Counted from the stretch's first letter, positions 47,567 through 58,447 are shown. The stretch is 64,000 nt of DNA from an uncultured Eubacteriales bacterium (GCA_948468315.1 CAOKHL010000006.1:16919-80918); one strand, 5' to 3'. The notes: a model not told the origin generated them from the letters alone. Program-made: numbers and translations.

Positions 47567-48306
47567 TCAATACTCCACATTCATAAGAAACAAACCATAT
47601 GGAGGTAAAGTCTTTCCTGCATTTTCTCTTTTTCCATCTAATATTATTTGTGGTATGTCTTCAGGTTCTATTTTTCCTAATCCTACTTCTACTAATGTTC
47701 CTGATATAATCCTTACCATATTATATAAGAACCCATTTCCGAGTTAATTCTATCAAAATTCTTTCATTATCTTGTTTATGTACTTCTGCTTTATAAATTA
47801 TTCTTTTACTGCTTTTACTGCTCGTCCCACTTGCTTTAAATGCTTTAAAATCGTGTTCTCCCTCAAAATATTTTATAGCTTTTTTCATTTTATCTATATC
47901 TAATTTTTGTGGAATATGACATTCTAAATTCCTATATATTGCAGATGAAAACTCAGAGTTATTTATTACATATCTATATGTTTTTCTCTTACAACTTAAT
48001 CTACTATGGAACCTTTCATCAACTTCTTCAGCTTTTATAATTCTAATTGTTTTTTTCAACTTTGTGTTTATTGCAATTGGTATTTTATCTATTGAAATTC
48101 TAGAATTAGTTTTAAAATTTGCTACTTGTCCAAAACTATGTACTCCTGCATCTGTTCTTCCTGAAGCATTTAATTCTACTTTTTCTCCAGTTATTGCTTC
48201 AATTGCTTGTTCTATTGTTCCTTGTATATTTAATTTATCTGGTTGCTTTTGCCAACCGATTGAAATCTTTTCCATCATATTCTATTGTTAGTTTTATATT
48301 TCGCAT
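47567..48306 (-). pseudogene. truA: tRNA pseudouridine(38-40) synthase TruA, interrupted as assembled by two separate single-nucleotide insertions (48258 and 47741)
   Basis: ATG 48306 gives MRNIKLTIEYDGKDFN. Skipping C 48258 (TTC AAT C GGT TGG) continues GWQKQPDK...SGRTDAGVHS.... Skipping C 47741 (TTA ACT C GGA AAT) continues [20 protein letters not shown]...NVEY*. Total 245 aa with no gap in the conserved blocks. Confidence 0.9.
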
Positions 48307-48364
48307 ACAATTACTCTCCATTCTTTAAAGAAAAATTGGAAAAGAGAATAGTCTCATTTTCCAA

Positions 48365-49262
48365 TTAGCTTTTCTTTGTTTTAAAATTATTTATTTTTTC
48401 TCTAATTTTTTCAAAACTTCCTGTATTTTTATTTTCTCTTTCTGGAAATCTTTTAGTTACAATATTGCTTATTAAAATCTTTTTCAAAACATCTTCTCTT
48501 ACATCTGCAATTAGTGTTCCATCTTTTGCAACAGATATTTTACCAGTTTCTTCTGAAACTACAATTGCTATACTATCTGATTCTTTAGAAATTCCTATTG
48601 CTGCTCTATGTCTTGTTCCTAATTCTTTTGCAATATCTGTATCACTAGCTAGTGGAAGCATACATGCTGCTGCTGCTATTTTGTTATCACTAATAACAAC
48701 TGCTCCATCATGTAATGGTGTATTTGGAACAAATATATTTACTAATAGTTGTGGTGATACTTCTGAATTTATTTCTACACCTGTTGATACTATATCTTTG
48801 ATTTTTATATCTCTTTCTATTACAATTAATGCTCCTGTCTTACTTTTTGCAAGTTCTGTTGCTGCTATTGTAATTTTATAAATATCTTCTTTTGTACGTG
48901 TTGCTATATCTTTATCCATTCCAAATAATTTTGTAAATTTATTAGTTCCTAGCTGTTCTAAAGCTCTCCTTATTTCTGGCTGAAATATTATGATTAAAAG
49001 GATTACTCCCCAATTCATAACAGCTGATAATATGTAATTTAATATATTTAAATTAAGCCATCCGGCTTAGCCAGGTACCTATAACTAAAAATGTTATTCC
49101 TTTTACTAATTGCCAAGCTCTAGAGTCTTTTACTATTTTTAATAAATTATACGCTAAAAATAGTACTATTGCTAAGTCTACTAAAAGAGTTACTAATTTA
49201 AAAGGATTTTGTTGATATATCTGAATATAAGCTAAGATATTTTCTCTTATATCTTCTATCAT
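48365..49262 (-). pseudogene. cdaA: diadenylate cyclase CdaA, split as assembled by one extra nucleotide near 49064
   Basis: N-terminal TM ORF 49053..49262 and DAC-domain ORF 48365..49018 (GALIVIERD, PLHDGAVVI, GTRHRAAIGISKESD). Skipping C 49064 (CTA AGC C GGA TGG) gives ...GTWLS-GWLNLNILNYILSAVMNWGVILLIIIFQPEIRRAL... Confidence 0.9.
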
Positions 49263-49289
49263 TACTATTTCTCCCTATTCTTTTATTTT

Positions 49290-49439
49290 TTATCCTACTA
49301 TTAAAGAATGTATGTAATATATACATGTTGCACATACAGATAGAAGCATCATACCAGCTAATATTCCTGCCATTATTCTTCCTGCTAGTTGTCCTTTATT
49401 TATTTTTATTTTATTATTTTTTTCTTTATTTTCTTTCAT
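49290..49439 (-). CDS. 49-aa small membrane protein upstream of cdaA
   Basis: AGGAGG lies 7 nt before ATG 49439. Product MKENKEKNNKIKINKGQLAGRIMAGILAGMMLLSVCATCIYYIHSLIVG. It is below the ORF-track cutoff. Confidence 0.4.
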   Translation of the reverse strand: MKENKEKNNKIKINKGQLAGRIMAGILAGMMLLSVCATCIYYIHSLIVG

Positions 49440-49523
49440 TTTTCTTCCTCCTAAGATTTTTATCTACATAAACTATTATAACACTTTTTAAAATTTTTGC
49501 AATACCCAAGTTTTCTCATATTT

Positions 49524-50786
49524 TTACTCAATAATAAAAATCTTTTCTAATTCATGAACAGCTCTATTTGCCTTTTCTTCATTATTAGCATACACAAAAG
49601 CTAAAACATCTTCTTCTTGTACAAAATCATGGACTTTTTTATTGAGTACTACTCCAACAGACATATCAATAATATCTTCTTTTTTTATTCTTCCAGCTCC
49701 TAAATAACATGCAACTTTTCCGATATCTTCTGCATTAATATCATTTATAACTCCTACTTTTTTACTTTTAACTTCTAATATGTATTTTGCTTTTTCAAAT
49801 TCATCTATATTATCTAAATATTTTGTATCTCCTTGTTGATTTCCTACCATTTCTTTAAATTTTTCAAAAGCTAAACCATTTTCAATACATTTTAACATTT
49901 TTTCCTTATTTTCATCTAAGTTTTCACCTAAACCAGCTAATTTTATCATTTGACTACCAATTTCTAATACAATTCCTTTTAAATCTGAAGGCATGTCTTT
50001 ACCTTTTAAGAAATTTATTGCTTCTATTATTTCTAAAGTATTTCCAACAGCATATCCTATTGGCTCATCCATAGGAGTAAATATACTTTTTACTTCTAAA
50101 TTAGCATAACCTCCTAATTTTTCCATCTTATTTGCTAAAAGTTTTGCGTCTTCAATATTTTTCATAAAAGCACCTTTTCCATAAGTTACTTCTAAAACTA
50201 TTTTATTAGCTCCTGATGCTATTTTTTTACTCATTATACTTGAGGCAATTAATGGAATATTATCAACACAATTTATAGTATCTCTTAAAACATATATTTT
50301 TTTGTCTGCTGGTGCTAAATTCATTGTTTGTCCTATCATACTTATTCCAATTTTGTGAACATATTCCTTAAATTTTTCAATATCTACATTTGTATTAAAT
50401 CCTGGTATTGCTTCTAATTTATCAACTGTTCCCCCAGTAAAGCCCAAACCTCTTCCAGACATTTTTGCAACAGGAACACCACAGCTAGCCACAATTGGAA
50501 GTACTATAATAGATACTTTATCCCCAACGCCTCCTGTACTATGTTTGTCAACAACAGCTTCACCAAATTCTGATAAATCTAATACATCTCCAGAATTTGC
50601 CATACTAAATGTAAGATTAAATAATTCTTCATCTGTCATTCCTTTTATATAAACAGCCATAATTAACGCTGCAGCTTGGTAATCAGCTACTTCTCCACTT
50701 GTATAACCTCTTACAAAATATTCAATTTCTTCTTTACTTAATTTTTTTCCATCTCTTTTTTTGGCAATAATATCTAAAATATTCAT
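49524..50786 (-). CDS. pdp: pyrimidine-nucleoside phosphorylase
   Basis: MNILDIIAKKRDGKKLSKEEIEYFVRGY N-terminus, HSTGGVGDK and SGRGLGFTGGTVDKLE. The start is placed at ATG 50786 from my recollection of B. subtilis Pdp; the RBS spacing there is poor. Confidence 0.85.
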   Translation of the reverse strand: MNILDIIAKKRDGKKLSKEEIEYFVRGYTSGEVADYQAAALIMAVYIKGMTDEELFNLTFSMANSGDVLDLSEFGEAVVDKHSTGGVGDKVSIIVLPIVASCGVPVAKMSGRGLGFTGGTVDKLEAIPGFNTNVDIEKFKEYVHKIGISMIGQTMNLAPADKKIYVLRDTINCVDNIPLIASSIMSKKIASGANKIVLEVTYGKGAFMKNIEDAKLLANKMEKLGGYANLEVKSIFTPMDEPIGYAVGNTLEIIEAINFLKGKDMPSDLKGIVLEIGSQMIKLAGLGENLDENKEKMLKCIENGLAFEKFKEMVGNQQGDTKYLDNIDEFEKAKYILEVKSKKVGVINDINAEDIGKVACYLGAGRIKKEDIIDMSVGVVLNKKVHDFVQEEDVLAFVYANNEEKANRAVHELEKIFIIE

Positions 50787-50823
50787 ACTTTTTCTTATTT
50801 TATTTAATAAAATAAATTCCTCC

Positions 50824-51450
50824 TTAAATAAAATTTTTAATAAAACTTCTTCTATGTATAGGACATGGCCCATATTCTTTTAGTGCTGCAATATGCTTAG
50901 ATGTCCCATACCCTTTATGAGATGCAAAACCATATTCAGGATATACCTTATCCCATTCCCTCATAATTCTGTCCCTTGTAACTTTAGCAAGTATAGATGC
51001 TGCTGAAATAGAATAGCATTTAGCATCTCCTTTTATTATTGATTTATATGGTATTCCTAATGTATCTATTCCAGTTAAAGCATCTACCATTATAATATTT
51101 GGTTTTATTTCCATTTGTTGTAATGCTGTAGTTAACCCTTTTTTAGTTGCCTGTAAAATATTTATATCATCAATTTCATCTTGATAAATAATACCTATTC
51201 CATAACTTATAGCTTGTTCTATTATAATATCATATAATTTTTCTCTTTTTATTTCAGAAACCTTTTTAGAGTCATTTACACCCTCTATCATTGAATCTTC
51301 TGGCATTATTACAGATGCAACAACAACGGGACCAGCCAATGGCCCACGTCCCGCTTCATCAATACCAGCTATATATTTTATACCCTTATCAAAAAATTCT
51401 TTTTCTATTTTTTTTAGTTCTTTTAATCTTGCTTCTTCTTTTTCTTTCAT
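50824..51450 (-). CDS. rnhB: ribonuclease HII
   Basis: GIDEAGRGPLAGPVV, NDSKK and the ASILAK...SHKGYGT blocks. Confidence 0.9.
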   Translation of the reverse strand: MKEKEEARLKELKKIEKEFFDKGIKYIAGIDEAGRGPLAGPVVVASVIMPEDSMIEGVNDSKKVSEIKREKLYDIIIEQAISYGIGIIYQDEIDDINILQATKKGLTTALQQMEIKPNIIMVDALTGIDTLGIPYKSIIKGDAKCYSISAASILAKVTRDRIMREWDKVYPEYGFASHKGYGTSKHIAALKEYGPCPIHRRSFIKNFI

Positions 51451-51457
51451 TTATTTC

Positions 51458-51988
51458 TTATTCTCCCGTTTCTCTTTGTAAACTTGATAATGTATAAAGT
51501 TTCTTTCCATTATACTCTATACCTTTTGTATATATTATATCTAAATTTGTGTAATCTCCTGCATCATATGCAACAACATAGTCACCATCATTAACATCTT
51601 TAGCTAAATCTTCTAATCCCATTTTTGTTAATGTTTCTTTTGTTATTTGATAAAATTCAACACCATTTCCTTTATTTACATTTTCGTCTACTTTAGAAAT
51701 TAATTCACTTTCATTACTAGGTTTAGTCATATTATATTTTTCAGAATATAATTCATTTCTTTTTGCACTTTTATCTTGTACATCCCATGTCCCTGCATTT
51801 ACTTCTTCAGCATATACTTTTGCTTTTGCTCTTATTGTAATCATATTTGTTACATATGTTTCTACTTTAGTTGTTTTTAATAATTCCGAACCTTGTGTTA
51901 AAGATATTCCAGCAAGTATAATTATTACTATAACCATAATTATTAGAGCTACAAGTGTAATTCCCTTTTCTTCTTTTAAATATAACAT
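51458..51988 (-). CDS. prepilin-type N-terminal domain (pseudopilin-like) protein
   Basis: N-terminus KEEKGITLVALIIMVIVIIILAGISL resembles class III signal peptides, although the usual +5 Glu is Ala. Confidence 0.55.
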   Translation of the reverse strand: MLYLKEEKGITLVALIIMVIVIIILAGISLTQGSELLKTTKVETYVTNMITIRAKAKVYAEEVNAGTWDVQDKSAKRNELYSEKYNMTKPSNESELISKVDENVNKGNGVEFYQITKETLTKMGLEDLAKDVNDGDYVVAYDAGDYTNLDIIYTKGIEYNGKKLYTLSSLQRETGE

Positions 51989-52842
51989 ATTTCTTTCCCC
52001 CTTATTTTTTCTATTACTTTTTCTATATCTTCTTTTGGTGTAGAAGCTCCTGCCATTACTCCTATTTTATCATTTTCAGAAAAGTCTTGTAAATCTATTT
52101 CTCCTTCATTTTGAGCAAAAATTACTCTTTTACAAATTTCTTTTGATATATCATATAGTTTATTTGTATTTGAACTTTTTTTGTCTCCAACAATAACCAT
52201 AATATCCACATTCTTTGCTATTTCTATTGTTTCTTTCTGTCTTACTTCAGTTGCTCCACATATTGTTTTTTGAATTTTAATTTCTTTATTTTCTAATTCA
52301 TTTTCTAAGATGTTTACAATATCATCAAATTTTTTTGAATTATATGTTGTTTGAGCCATGATTAGAATTTTGTTTAATTTTGATTTCTTTATATTTTCTA
52401 AACATTCTTTAATATCTTCTTTTTCTTGTAATAAAAAGGAGTCTTTCCCACAAAAACTTAATGTTCCTATTGCTTCTGCATGATTTTTTATACCAATTAA
52501 TATAATAAAATAATTATAGTCTCTATATTGTTCAGCTATTGTATGTGTTTTTAAAACATTTGGGCAAGTTAAATCTTTGATTTCTACATTTCTTTTTTCT
52601 AATTGGTTATATATATCTTTTGAGGCACCATGTGCTCTGATAATAACTCTTTTTTGTACTTCATCTATATTATTTGTAAACTTAATTCCTTTTTCCTCTA
52701 AATCTTTTATTATATTTTTATTATGTACTAACTCTCCTAGACAATATATGTTTGTATTAATTTCAGCTTCCTTTTTTGCTTCATCAACTGCTCTTTTTAC
52801 CCCATAACAAAATCCTGCTGTTTTTCCTAAAATAATCTCCAT
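51976..52842 (-). CDS. ispH: 4-hydroxy-3-methylbut-2-enyl diphosphate reductase
   Basis: GKTAGFCYGVKRAV N-terminal Cys block and the LytB fold length (288 aa). It is not fused to rpsA. Confidence 0.85.
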   Translation of the reverse strand: MEIILGKTAGFCYGVKRAVDEAKKEAEINTNIYCLGELVHNKNIIKDLEEKGIKFTNNIDEVQKRVIIRAHGASKDIYNQLEKRNVEIKDLTCPNVLKTHTIAEQYRDYNYFIILIGIKNHAEAIGTLSFCGKDSFLLQEKEDIKECLENIKKSKLNKILIMAQTTYNSKKFDDIVNILENELENKEIKIQKTICGATEVRQKETIEIAKNVDIMVIVGDKKSSNTNKLYDISKEICKRVIFAQNEGEIDLQDFSENDKIGVMAGASTPKEDIEKVIEKIRGKEICYI

Positions 52843-52917
52843 ATAATTACTCCTTTTTGAATGTTTAATTCTAATAAAGAGCTTAATAAATATACTATTA
52901 AGCTCTTAACTAAAAAT

Positions 52918-53670
52918 TTATGTTGCTATATAATATCCAACCCCTCTTTTTGTAATTAAAATCTTTGGATTTGATGTATCTTTTTCAATTTTTTCTCTAA
53001 TACGTCTTACTGTAACATCTACTGTTCTAATATCTCCATAATATTCATATCCCCATACCTTTTCAAGTAATGTTTCTCTAGTTATTACTTGGCCTGGGTC
53101 TGAAGCTAAGAATTTTAGTACTTCAAATTCTCTTAGAGTTAAATCTACAATTTTGTCATTTATCATAACTTCAAATCTATCTAAGTCTAGTGTTAACACT
53201 CCAACTTTTATTACATTTGTTCTTTTTAATTCTGTTGTTCCTTCTTCTTTTGAAGTTTTCTTTTCTTTTTCTATATTCGATATTACATCTGCTCTTCTTA
53301 AATTTGCTTTAACTCTTGCAAGTAGCTCTCTTATACTAAATGGTTTTGTTATATAGTCATCTGCTCCTAATTCTAACCCTACAATTTTGTCTAATTCTTC
53401 ATCTTTTGCTGTTACCATAAGAATTGGAATATTCATCATATTTTTAATTCTTTTACATACTGTTAATCCATCTAGTTTTGGAAGCATAACATCAAGCAAA
53501 ATTAAATCTGGCTTTTTTTCTTGAGCAATCTCAACTGCTTCTAAACCATCTTGTGCCTCTAATACATTATACCCCTCTTTTGTTAGATTGCGTGATAATA
53601 AATTAAGAATCATTTTTTCATCATCAACTATTAATATTGTTTTTTTATAATCCATTTCTACTTCTTCCAC
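52918..53670 (-). CDS. OmpR/PhoB-family response regulator with no adjacent histidine kinase
   Basis: Receiver motifs IVDDE, LILLDVMLPKLDG and VTAKD. Winged-helix LTLREFEVLKFL...RTVDVTVRRIREKI. GTG 53670 lies 7 nt after AAGGAGG. Confidence 0.85.
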   Translation of the reverse strand: MEEVEMDYKKTILIVDDEKMILNLLSRNLTKEGYNVLEAQDGLEAVEIAQEKKPDLILLDVMLPKLDGLTVCKRIKNMMNIPILMVTAKDEELDKIVGLELGADDYITKPFSIRELLARVKANLRRADVISNIEKEKKTSKEEGTTELKRTNVIKVGVLTLDLDRFEVMINDKIVDLTLREFEVLKFLASDPGQVITRETLLEKVWGYEYYGDIRTVDVTVRRIREKIEKDTSNPKILITKRGVGYYIAT

Positions 53671-53735
53671 AAACGAGCCTCCTTAACCTTGCTTATGCTA
53701 TTTAATATATCACATTTAAACATATTATACAAGTT

Positions 53736-56700
53736 TTATTTTAAAAATTCTTTAACTTCTTGTAATAATTCTTTTTCTCCTTGCGTTTCAATTTTTAATG
53801 TAATCATTGGTTTTATTCCAGATGAAAATTTTATTCTGTTTCCATATTTTTTTATCATATCTGATAATAGATTATTATCAAATTTATTACTATCATATGT
53901 AAATACTACTGAATTTGCTTTACTTTGAATTTTAGTTAAATATTTATTTTTAGCAAGCTGTTTTATTCTTGAGATTTCTAATAGATTTTCTATTTCATTT
54001 GGCATGTTTCCAAATCTATCTATAAGTTCATCTATTATATTCATTATATCTTCTTCTGTTTTGCAAAGTGCTATGTCTTGATATATTTCAATTTTTTGGT
54101 TTTGGTCAGAAATGTAGTCATCTGGTATATAGCTTGTTACATTTAAGTCTATCTGACAATTTATTTCTTCTTCGACTTTTAATCCTTGCTCTTCTTTTAA
54201 GACCTCATCTAAAAGTCTACAATATGTATCATATCCAACTTCTTCTAAATGTCCATGTTGTACTTCTCCAATTAAACTTCCTGCTCCTCTTATTTCTAAG
54301 TCTCTCATTGCTATTTTAAATCCTGAACCAAATTCTGTAAATTCTTTTATTGCCTTTAAACGTTTATCAGCAACTTCTGATAACATTTTATCTTTTCTAT
54401 ATGTTATATAGCTATACCCTTGTTTATCAGATCTTCCAACTCTTCCCCTTAATTGATATAGCTGTGCTAATCCCATTCTATCTGCATTTTCAATTATTAT
54501 TGTATTTGCATTTGGTATGTCTATTCCTGTTTCTAATATTGTTGTAGATACTAATACATTTATTGTTCCATCAACAAAGTCATTCATTATATCTTCAATT
54601 TCTGAACCTGTCATTTGTCCATGTGCAAATCCAACTCTTGCTTCTGGAACTAATCTTGATATTTTATCTGCTTTAAGCATTATATCTTCTACTTTATTGA
54701 ATAGATAAAATACTTGACCATTTCTTTCTAATTCTTTTGTTATAGCTTCTTTTATAACATCTAGGTCATATTCTAAAACATATGTCTGTACCGGTTTTCT
54801 GTTTTGTGGTGGTTCATATATAACTGACATATCTCTTACTCCAACAATAGACATATGAAGCGTTCTAGGAATAGGAGTTGCAGTCATTGTAAGTACATCT
54901 ACATTTGTTTTATACTCTTTTATTTTTTCCTTTGCTTTTACACCAAATCTATGCTCTTCATCTATTATTAAAAGTCCTAAGTCTTTAAATTCTACATCTT
55001 TTCCTAGTAATTTATGTGTTCCAATTACTATATCTATGTCTCCAAGCTTTAGTTCTTTTATTATTCTATTTTTATCTTTGGTTGTTCTAAATCTGTTTAA
55101 TAAATCTACTTTTATTGGAAAAGCTGCCATTCTTGATTTAAAAGTTTCATATTGTTGTTTGGCAAGTACAGTTGTAGGCGCCAAATATACAACTTGTTTA
55201 TGGTCCATTACAGCTTTAAATGCTGCTCTTATTGCAATTTCTGTTTTACCATATCCAACATCACCACAAAGTAATCTATCCATTGGTTTTTCATTTTCCA
55301 TATCTTTTTTTACTTCATCTATACATCGTAATTGATCATCTGTTTCTACATACGGAAATGCACCTTCGAACTGTTTTTGCCATTCATTATCTTTTGAGAA
55401 AGCAAATCCTTTTGCTTTTTCTCTTCTTGCATAAAGTTCTATTAATTCTTTAGCAACTGTTCTTAAATTTTTCTTTACTTTTGCAGTTGTTTTTTCCCAA
55501 TCTTTTGAACCAAGTTTATTTAGTTTTAGATTGATTTCTTCTCCACCAACATATTTTCTTATTTCATCTAATGAGTTTGTTGGTATATATAGAATATCAT
55601 CACCTGAATATTTTAATTTTATATAGTCTCTTGTTGTTCCATCAGCTTTTATTGTATTTACTCCTATATAAACTCCTATACCATATCTTCTATGAACTAC
55701 ATAGTCACCTATTTTTAAATCTGCAAATACAACTTTTTCGCCTTGTTTAAATGTCTCATTTTTACGTTTTTTTGAACGCCTTTGAACTTCAACCAAGTCA
55801 TTTGCTACTATTACTATTTGATTTAAATCATAGCTAAAAAACCCTTTAGATAGTTTTCCTTTTGTTATTATTACTGTTCCAATATCTTTTGTTATTATAG
55901 TTTGATTTAAGTCTTCTTGATAAATTGATAATATATCATTTTCTTCTAATAATTTAGCTATTTTGTCTGCTTTTTCTTTTGTTTCAACAACTACATATAC
56001 TTTTTTATTTTCTTTCTTAAAGTTTAAAATATCATTTATAAATAAATCTATTCCACTTTTAAAATAATTTAGTTCTTTATATTTAAAATCATATTGCTCT
56101 ATTCCATTTTTGAAAATATTATCTAGTTTTTCTAAATATATTGTTTGATATTTTTGAAGTTTTAAATTAAACTCTTCTGTTCCAATATAGTCTTTTATAG
56201 CATCTGGGATTATTCTATTTTTTTCAACTAATGCTTTTATTATGTTTTCATTATCAAGCTCTATATTTTCACTTCGTGTAGTTATTTTATTTAGTTCATC
56301 TACAAATACCAAATATTCATTATTCAAATATTCAAGTATTGTTTCTCCAGTTTTGTAAAAAGAATTGAAATATCTATCAATTTTGCTTATATAATTGCCA
56401 TTTCTTATTTGTTCTAAATCATTTTCAACTTTTTCTTCTATTACTTCTGCATAAACTTGTTGCTTTATCTTTTTTTCTACATCTTCAATTGGATTTTCTA
56501 AGATGTATTCATGTGCTGGAAATATTTCTATTTTTTCTATATTGTTAATTGACCTTTGGCTTATTATATTAAAGTTTCTTATTGAATCTATTTCATCTCC
56601 CCAAAGTTCAATCCTTACTCCTATTGTGTCATTCATTGAAATATCAATAATTCCACCTCTTATGCTAAATTCTCCTCTTCCATCTATTAGTTCAAATCTT

Positions 56701-57182
56701 TCATATCCTAAATTTACAAGCTTTTGCTTTAATTCTTCTAAATTACATCTATCTCCTACTTTGAAATTTAAAACATTTCGAAAAAGAGTTTCTTTTGGTA
56801 TTATTTTTTGCTTTATTGCTTCTATTGATGTTACTATAATGATGTTTTGATTTTTATATATTTTGTTTAATACTTCTATTCTTTCATATGGTAGGTTTTT
56901 GCTTTCTGCAACATAATCATATGTTACTATTTCTTTTTTTGGTAAATATTCTACTTTGTCTGTGAAAAATTTGAAATCGCTTACTAAATTTTGTGCCTGT
57001 ATTTCATTATATGTTATTAATAATATTGGTCTTTTTGTTTTTTCTAGTATTGATGTAATTATTGAGGCTTCTGCAACGCTAGTTAAGCCCGATATTGCTA
57101 TCGGGCTTTTTTTATTTTCTATATTTTTTAAAACATCACTAAATTTTGAACTTTTGTCTAGTTCTCTTAATAGTAAATTCAT
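53736..57182 (-). CDS. mfd: transcription-repair coupling factor
   Basis: 1148 aa. CarD-like GDYVVHRRYGIGVY, helicase motifs GDVGYGKTE, DEEHRFG, TATPIPRT and RGRVGRS. Confidence 0.95.
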   Translation of the reverse strand: MNLLLRELDKSSKFSDVLKNIENKKSPIAISGLTSVAEASIITSILEKTKRPILLITYNEIQAQNLVSDFKFFTDKVEYLPKKEIVTYDYVAESKNLPYERIEVLNKIYKNQNIIIVTSIEAIKQKIIPKETLFRNVLNFKVGDRCNLEELKQKLVNLGYERFELIDGRGEFSIRGGIIDISMNDTIGVRIELWGDEIDSIRNFNIISQRSINNIEKIEIFPAHEYILENPIEDVEKKIKQQVYAEVIEEKVENDLEQIRNGNYISKIDRYFNSFYKTGETILEYLNNEYLVFVDELNKITTRSENIELDNENIIKALVEKNRIIPDAIKDYIGTEEFNLKLQKYQTIYLEKLDNIFKNGIEQYDFKYKELNYFKSGIDLFINDILNFKKENKKVYVVVETKEKADKIAKLLEENDILSIYQEDLNQTIITKDIGTVIITKGKLSKGFFSYDLNQIVIVANDLVEVQRRSKKRKNETFKQGEKVVFADLKIGDYVVHRRYGIGVYIGVNTIKADGTTRDYIKLKYSGDDILYIPTNSLDEIRKYVGGEEINLKLNKLGSKDWEKTTAKVKKNLRTVAKELIELYARREKAKGFAFSKDNEWQKQFEGAFPYVETDDQLRCIDEVKKDMENEKPMDRLLCGDVGYGKTEIAIRAAFKAVMDHKQVVYLAPTTVLAKQQYETFKSRMAAFPIKVDLLNRFRTTKDKNRIIKELKLGDIDIVIGTHKLLGKDVEFKDLGLLIIDEEHRFGVKAKEKIKEYKTNVDVLTMTATPIPRTLHMSIVGVRDMSVIYEPPQNRKPVQTYVLEYDLDVIKEAITKELERNGQVFYLFNKVEDIMLKADKISRLVPEARVGFAHGQMTGSEIEDIMNDFVDGTINVLVSTTILETGIDIPNANTIIIENADRMGLAQLYQLRGRVGRSDKQGYSYITYRKDKMLSEVADKRLKAIKEFTEFGSGFKIAMRDLEIRGAGSLIGEVQHGHLEEVGYDTYCRLLDEVLKEEQGLKVEEEINCQIDLNVTSYIPDDYISDQNQKIEIYQDIALCKTEEDIMNIIDELIDRFGNMPNEIENLLEISRIKQLAKNKYLTKIQSKANSVVFTYDSNKFDNNLLSDMIKKYGNRIKFSSGIKPMITLKIETQGEKELLQEVKEFLK

Positions 57183-57244
57183 GTTATATACTTCTTTCTT
57201 GTTGGTTTTTTATTTTTATATTATTTATGTTTCTTTATTTTTCA

Positions 57245-57637
57245 TTATTCTCTTGTTTTTTCATTTTCTTCTTGTACTTTTGCTCTCATTTGCTCTATTA
57301 CTTGCTCTCTATTTTTTGACTTTTGAGATCCTGATTTTATTTTTATATCTTTTAGATTTTCTTTGTCTTTTTCTGCAAATATTTTTTTCTCAAGAGTATT
57401 AACTCTTTCTAAAGATGCAAGTAATTCTTTTTTTACTCTTTTTAAATGTTCATCATCTTCGTTTTCTTCTTCATCATCTGAGGCTTTTTTCTTCTTTTTA
57501 GGGTATTCTATTATATCATTGTTTTTATAGGCTTTTATTGCATCTTCTTGAGATAGTTCTGGCTTTTCTTCTTCTATGAATTCTTCTAATGTGCCTTTTA
57601 TATCTATTCTTTTTTCTTCTTCATTTTTTTCTTTCAT
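57245..57637 (-). CDS. highly charged (E/K-rich) hypothetical protein, 130 aa
   Basis: The ORF has ATG 57637 but no recognisable domain. Confidence 0.5.
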   Translation of the reverse strand: MKEKNEEEKRIDIKGTLEEFIEEEKPELSQEDAIKAYKNNDIIEYPKKKKKASDDEEENEDDEHLKRVKKELLASLERVNTLEKKIFAEKDKENLKDIKIKSGSQKSKNREQVIEQMRAKVQEENEKTRE

Positions 57638-57780
57638 AGAGAATCTCCTTAGTTTTTATTTTGTATATACTTTATCATATTTTTTTGAAAAAATCAATGT
57701 TTTGGTGGAAATTTTTGTAATTAAGTACTTGTTCTTTAACTTACTGCCTCTTGGGTTTTATTATCCACTATATTTATAGA

Positions 57781-57806
57781 AAAAAAGGTGCATACGCACC
57801 TTTCTT
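57781..57806 (-). terminator. terminator of paralog A
   Basis: aaaGGTGC atac GCACCttt followed by a T-run in minus sense. Confidence 0.65.
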
Positions 57807-57827
57807 CATGTTGACAAATACCAGTCT

Positions 57828-58307
57828 TTATGCAATGAGGCTTCCCTCAAATGTATAGAGATGTTTTACTCCAGATTTTTTGTCAACTTTTTGGAGGCAG
57901 GCACCACAACCAGCAAAGACGACATTTATATCATCATATTTCTCTGATGCCATAAGGTTACTTATTGAATCATAAATCCTTTGAGTGCCATTATCTTCAG
58001 TTACTTTTACAAAAGCTTCTCCTGCAACTAACAAAAATCCTATTTTTGAATTCTTGTCAACTGTGCAAATCATTTCGCAATGATTAATGCTGTAGACATC
58101 TATAGATGTCCTACCCAAACACTGCAAAAAGGTTTCATCCCCAACAGTCACTGATGTAATTATTTGGTACCTTCTGCTTAGTTTGGTTGTGATTCCTTCA
58201 GGCTCGTCAACAGATTTTCCCCTGTTTACTGTAATCTTTACAGTATTATTTTTTTCTACAGAGATCCGTCTGAACCCTTTGCGCATTTCGATAAAATTAC
58301 TAATCAT
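57828..58307 (-). CDS. unknown protein, paralog A of a tandem pair (159 aa), higher G+C
   Basis: GGAGGAAGAGAT lies before ATG 58307. It shares blocks with the next gene: GFRRISVEKNNTVKI / NFRQIEVTDNNEVKI, EAFVKVTEDNGTQRIYD / ETFVKMTDKKGMQRIFD, and C-terminal FEGSLIA / LEGSLIG. In-frame CGG at 58268..58266. Confidence 0.7.
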   Translation of the reverse strand: MISNFIEMRKGFRRISVEKNNTVKITVNRGKSVDEPEGITTKLSRRYQIITSVTVGDETFLQCLGRTSIDVYSINHCEMICTVDKNSKIGFLLVAGEAFVKVTEDNGTQRIYDSISNLMASEKYDDINVVFAGCGACLQKVDKKSGVKHLYTFEGSLIA

Positions 58308-58419
58308 ATCTCTTCCTCCATTTTATGAAATTTTTATAGCTTCTTATATTTTACCACATTTTGAGCTTTTTTGCAAATTATTAAAACTCTAATAAGAATA
58401 TTTCTATTCTATTATATTT

Positions 58420-58447
58420 AAAAAAGAGTGCATATGCACTCTTTTTT
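58420..58447 (-). terminator. terminator of paralog B
   Basis: aaaaagagtgca ta tgcactcttttt. Confidence 0.7.

Noticed and set aside
52918-53670. The orphan response regulator as part of a novel signalling system.
   Set aside because: Orphan OmpR-type regulators are common. Nothing in the flanking genes (ispH, mfd) suggests a functional module.
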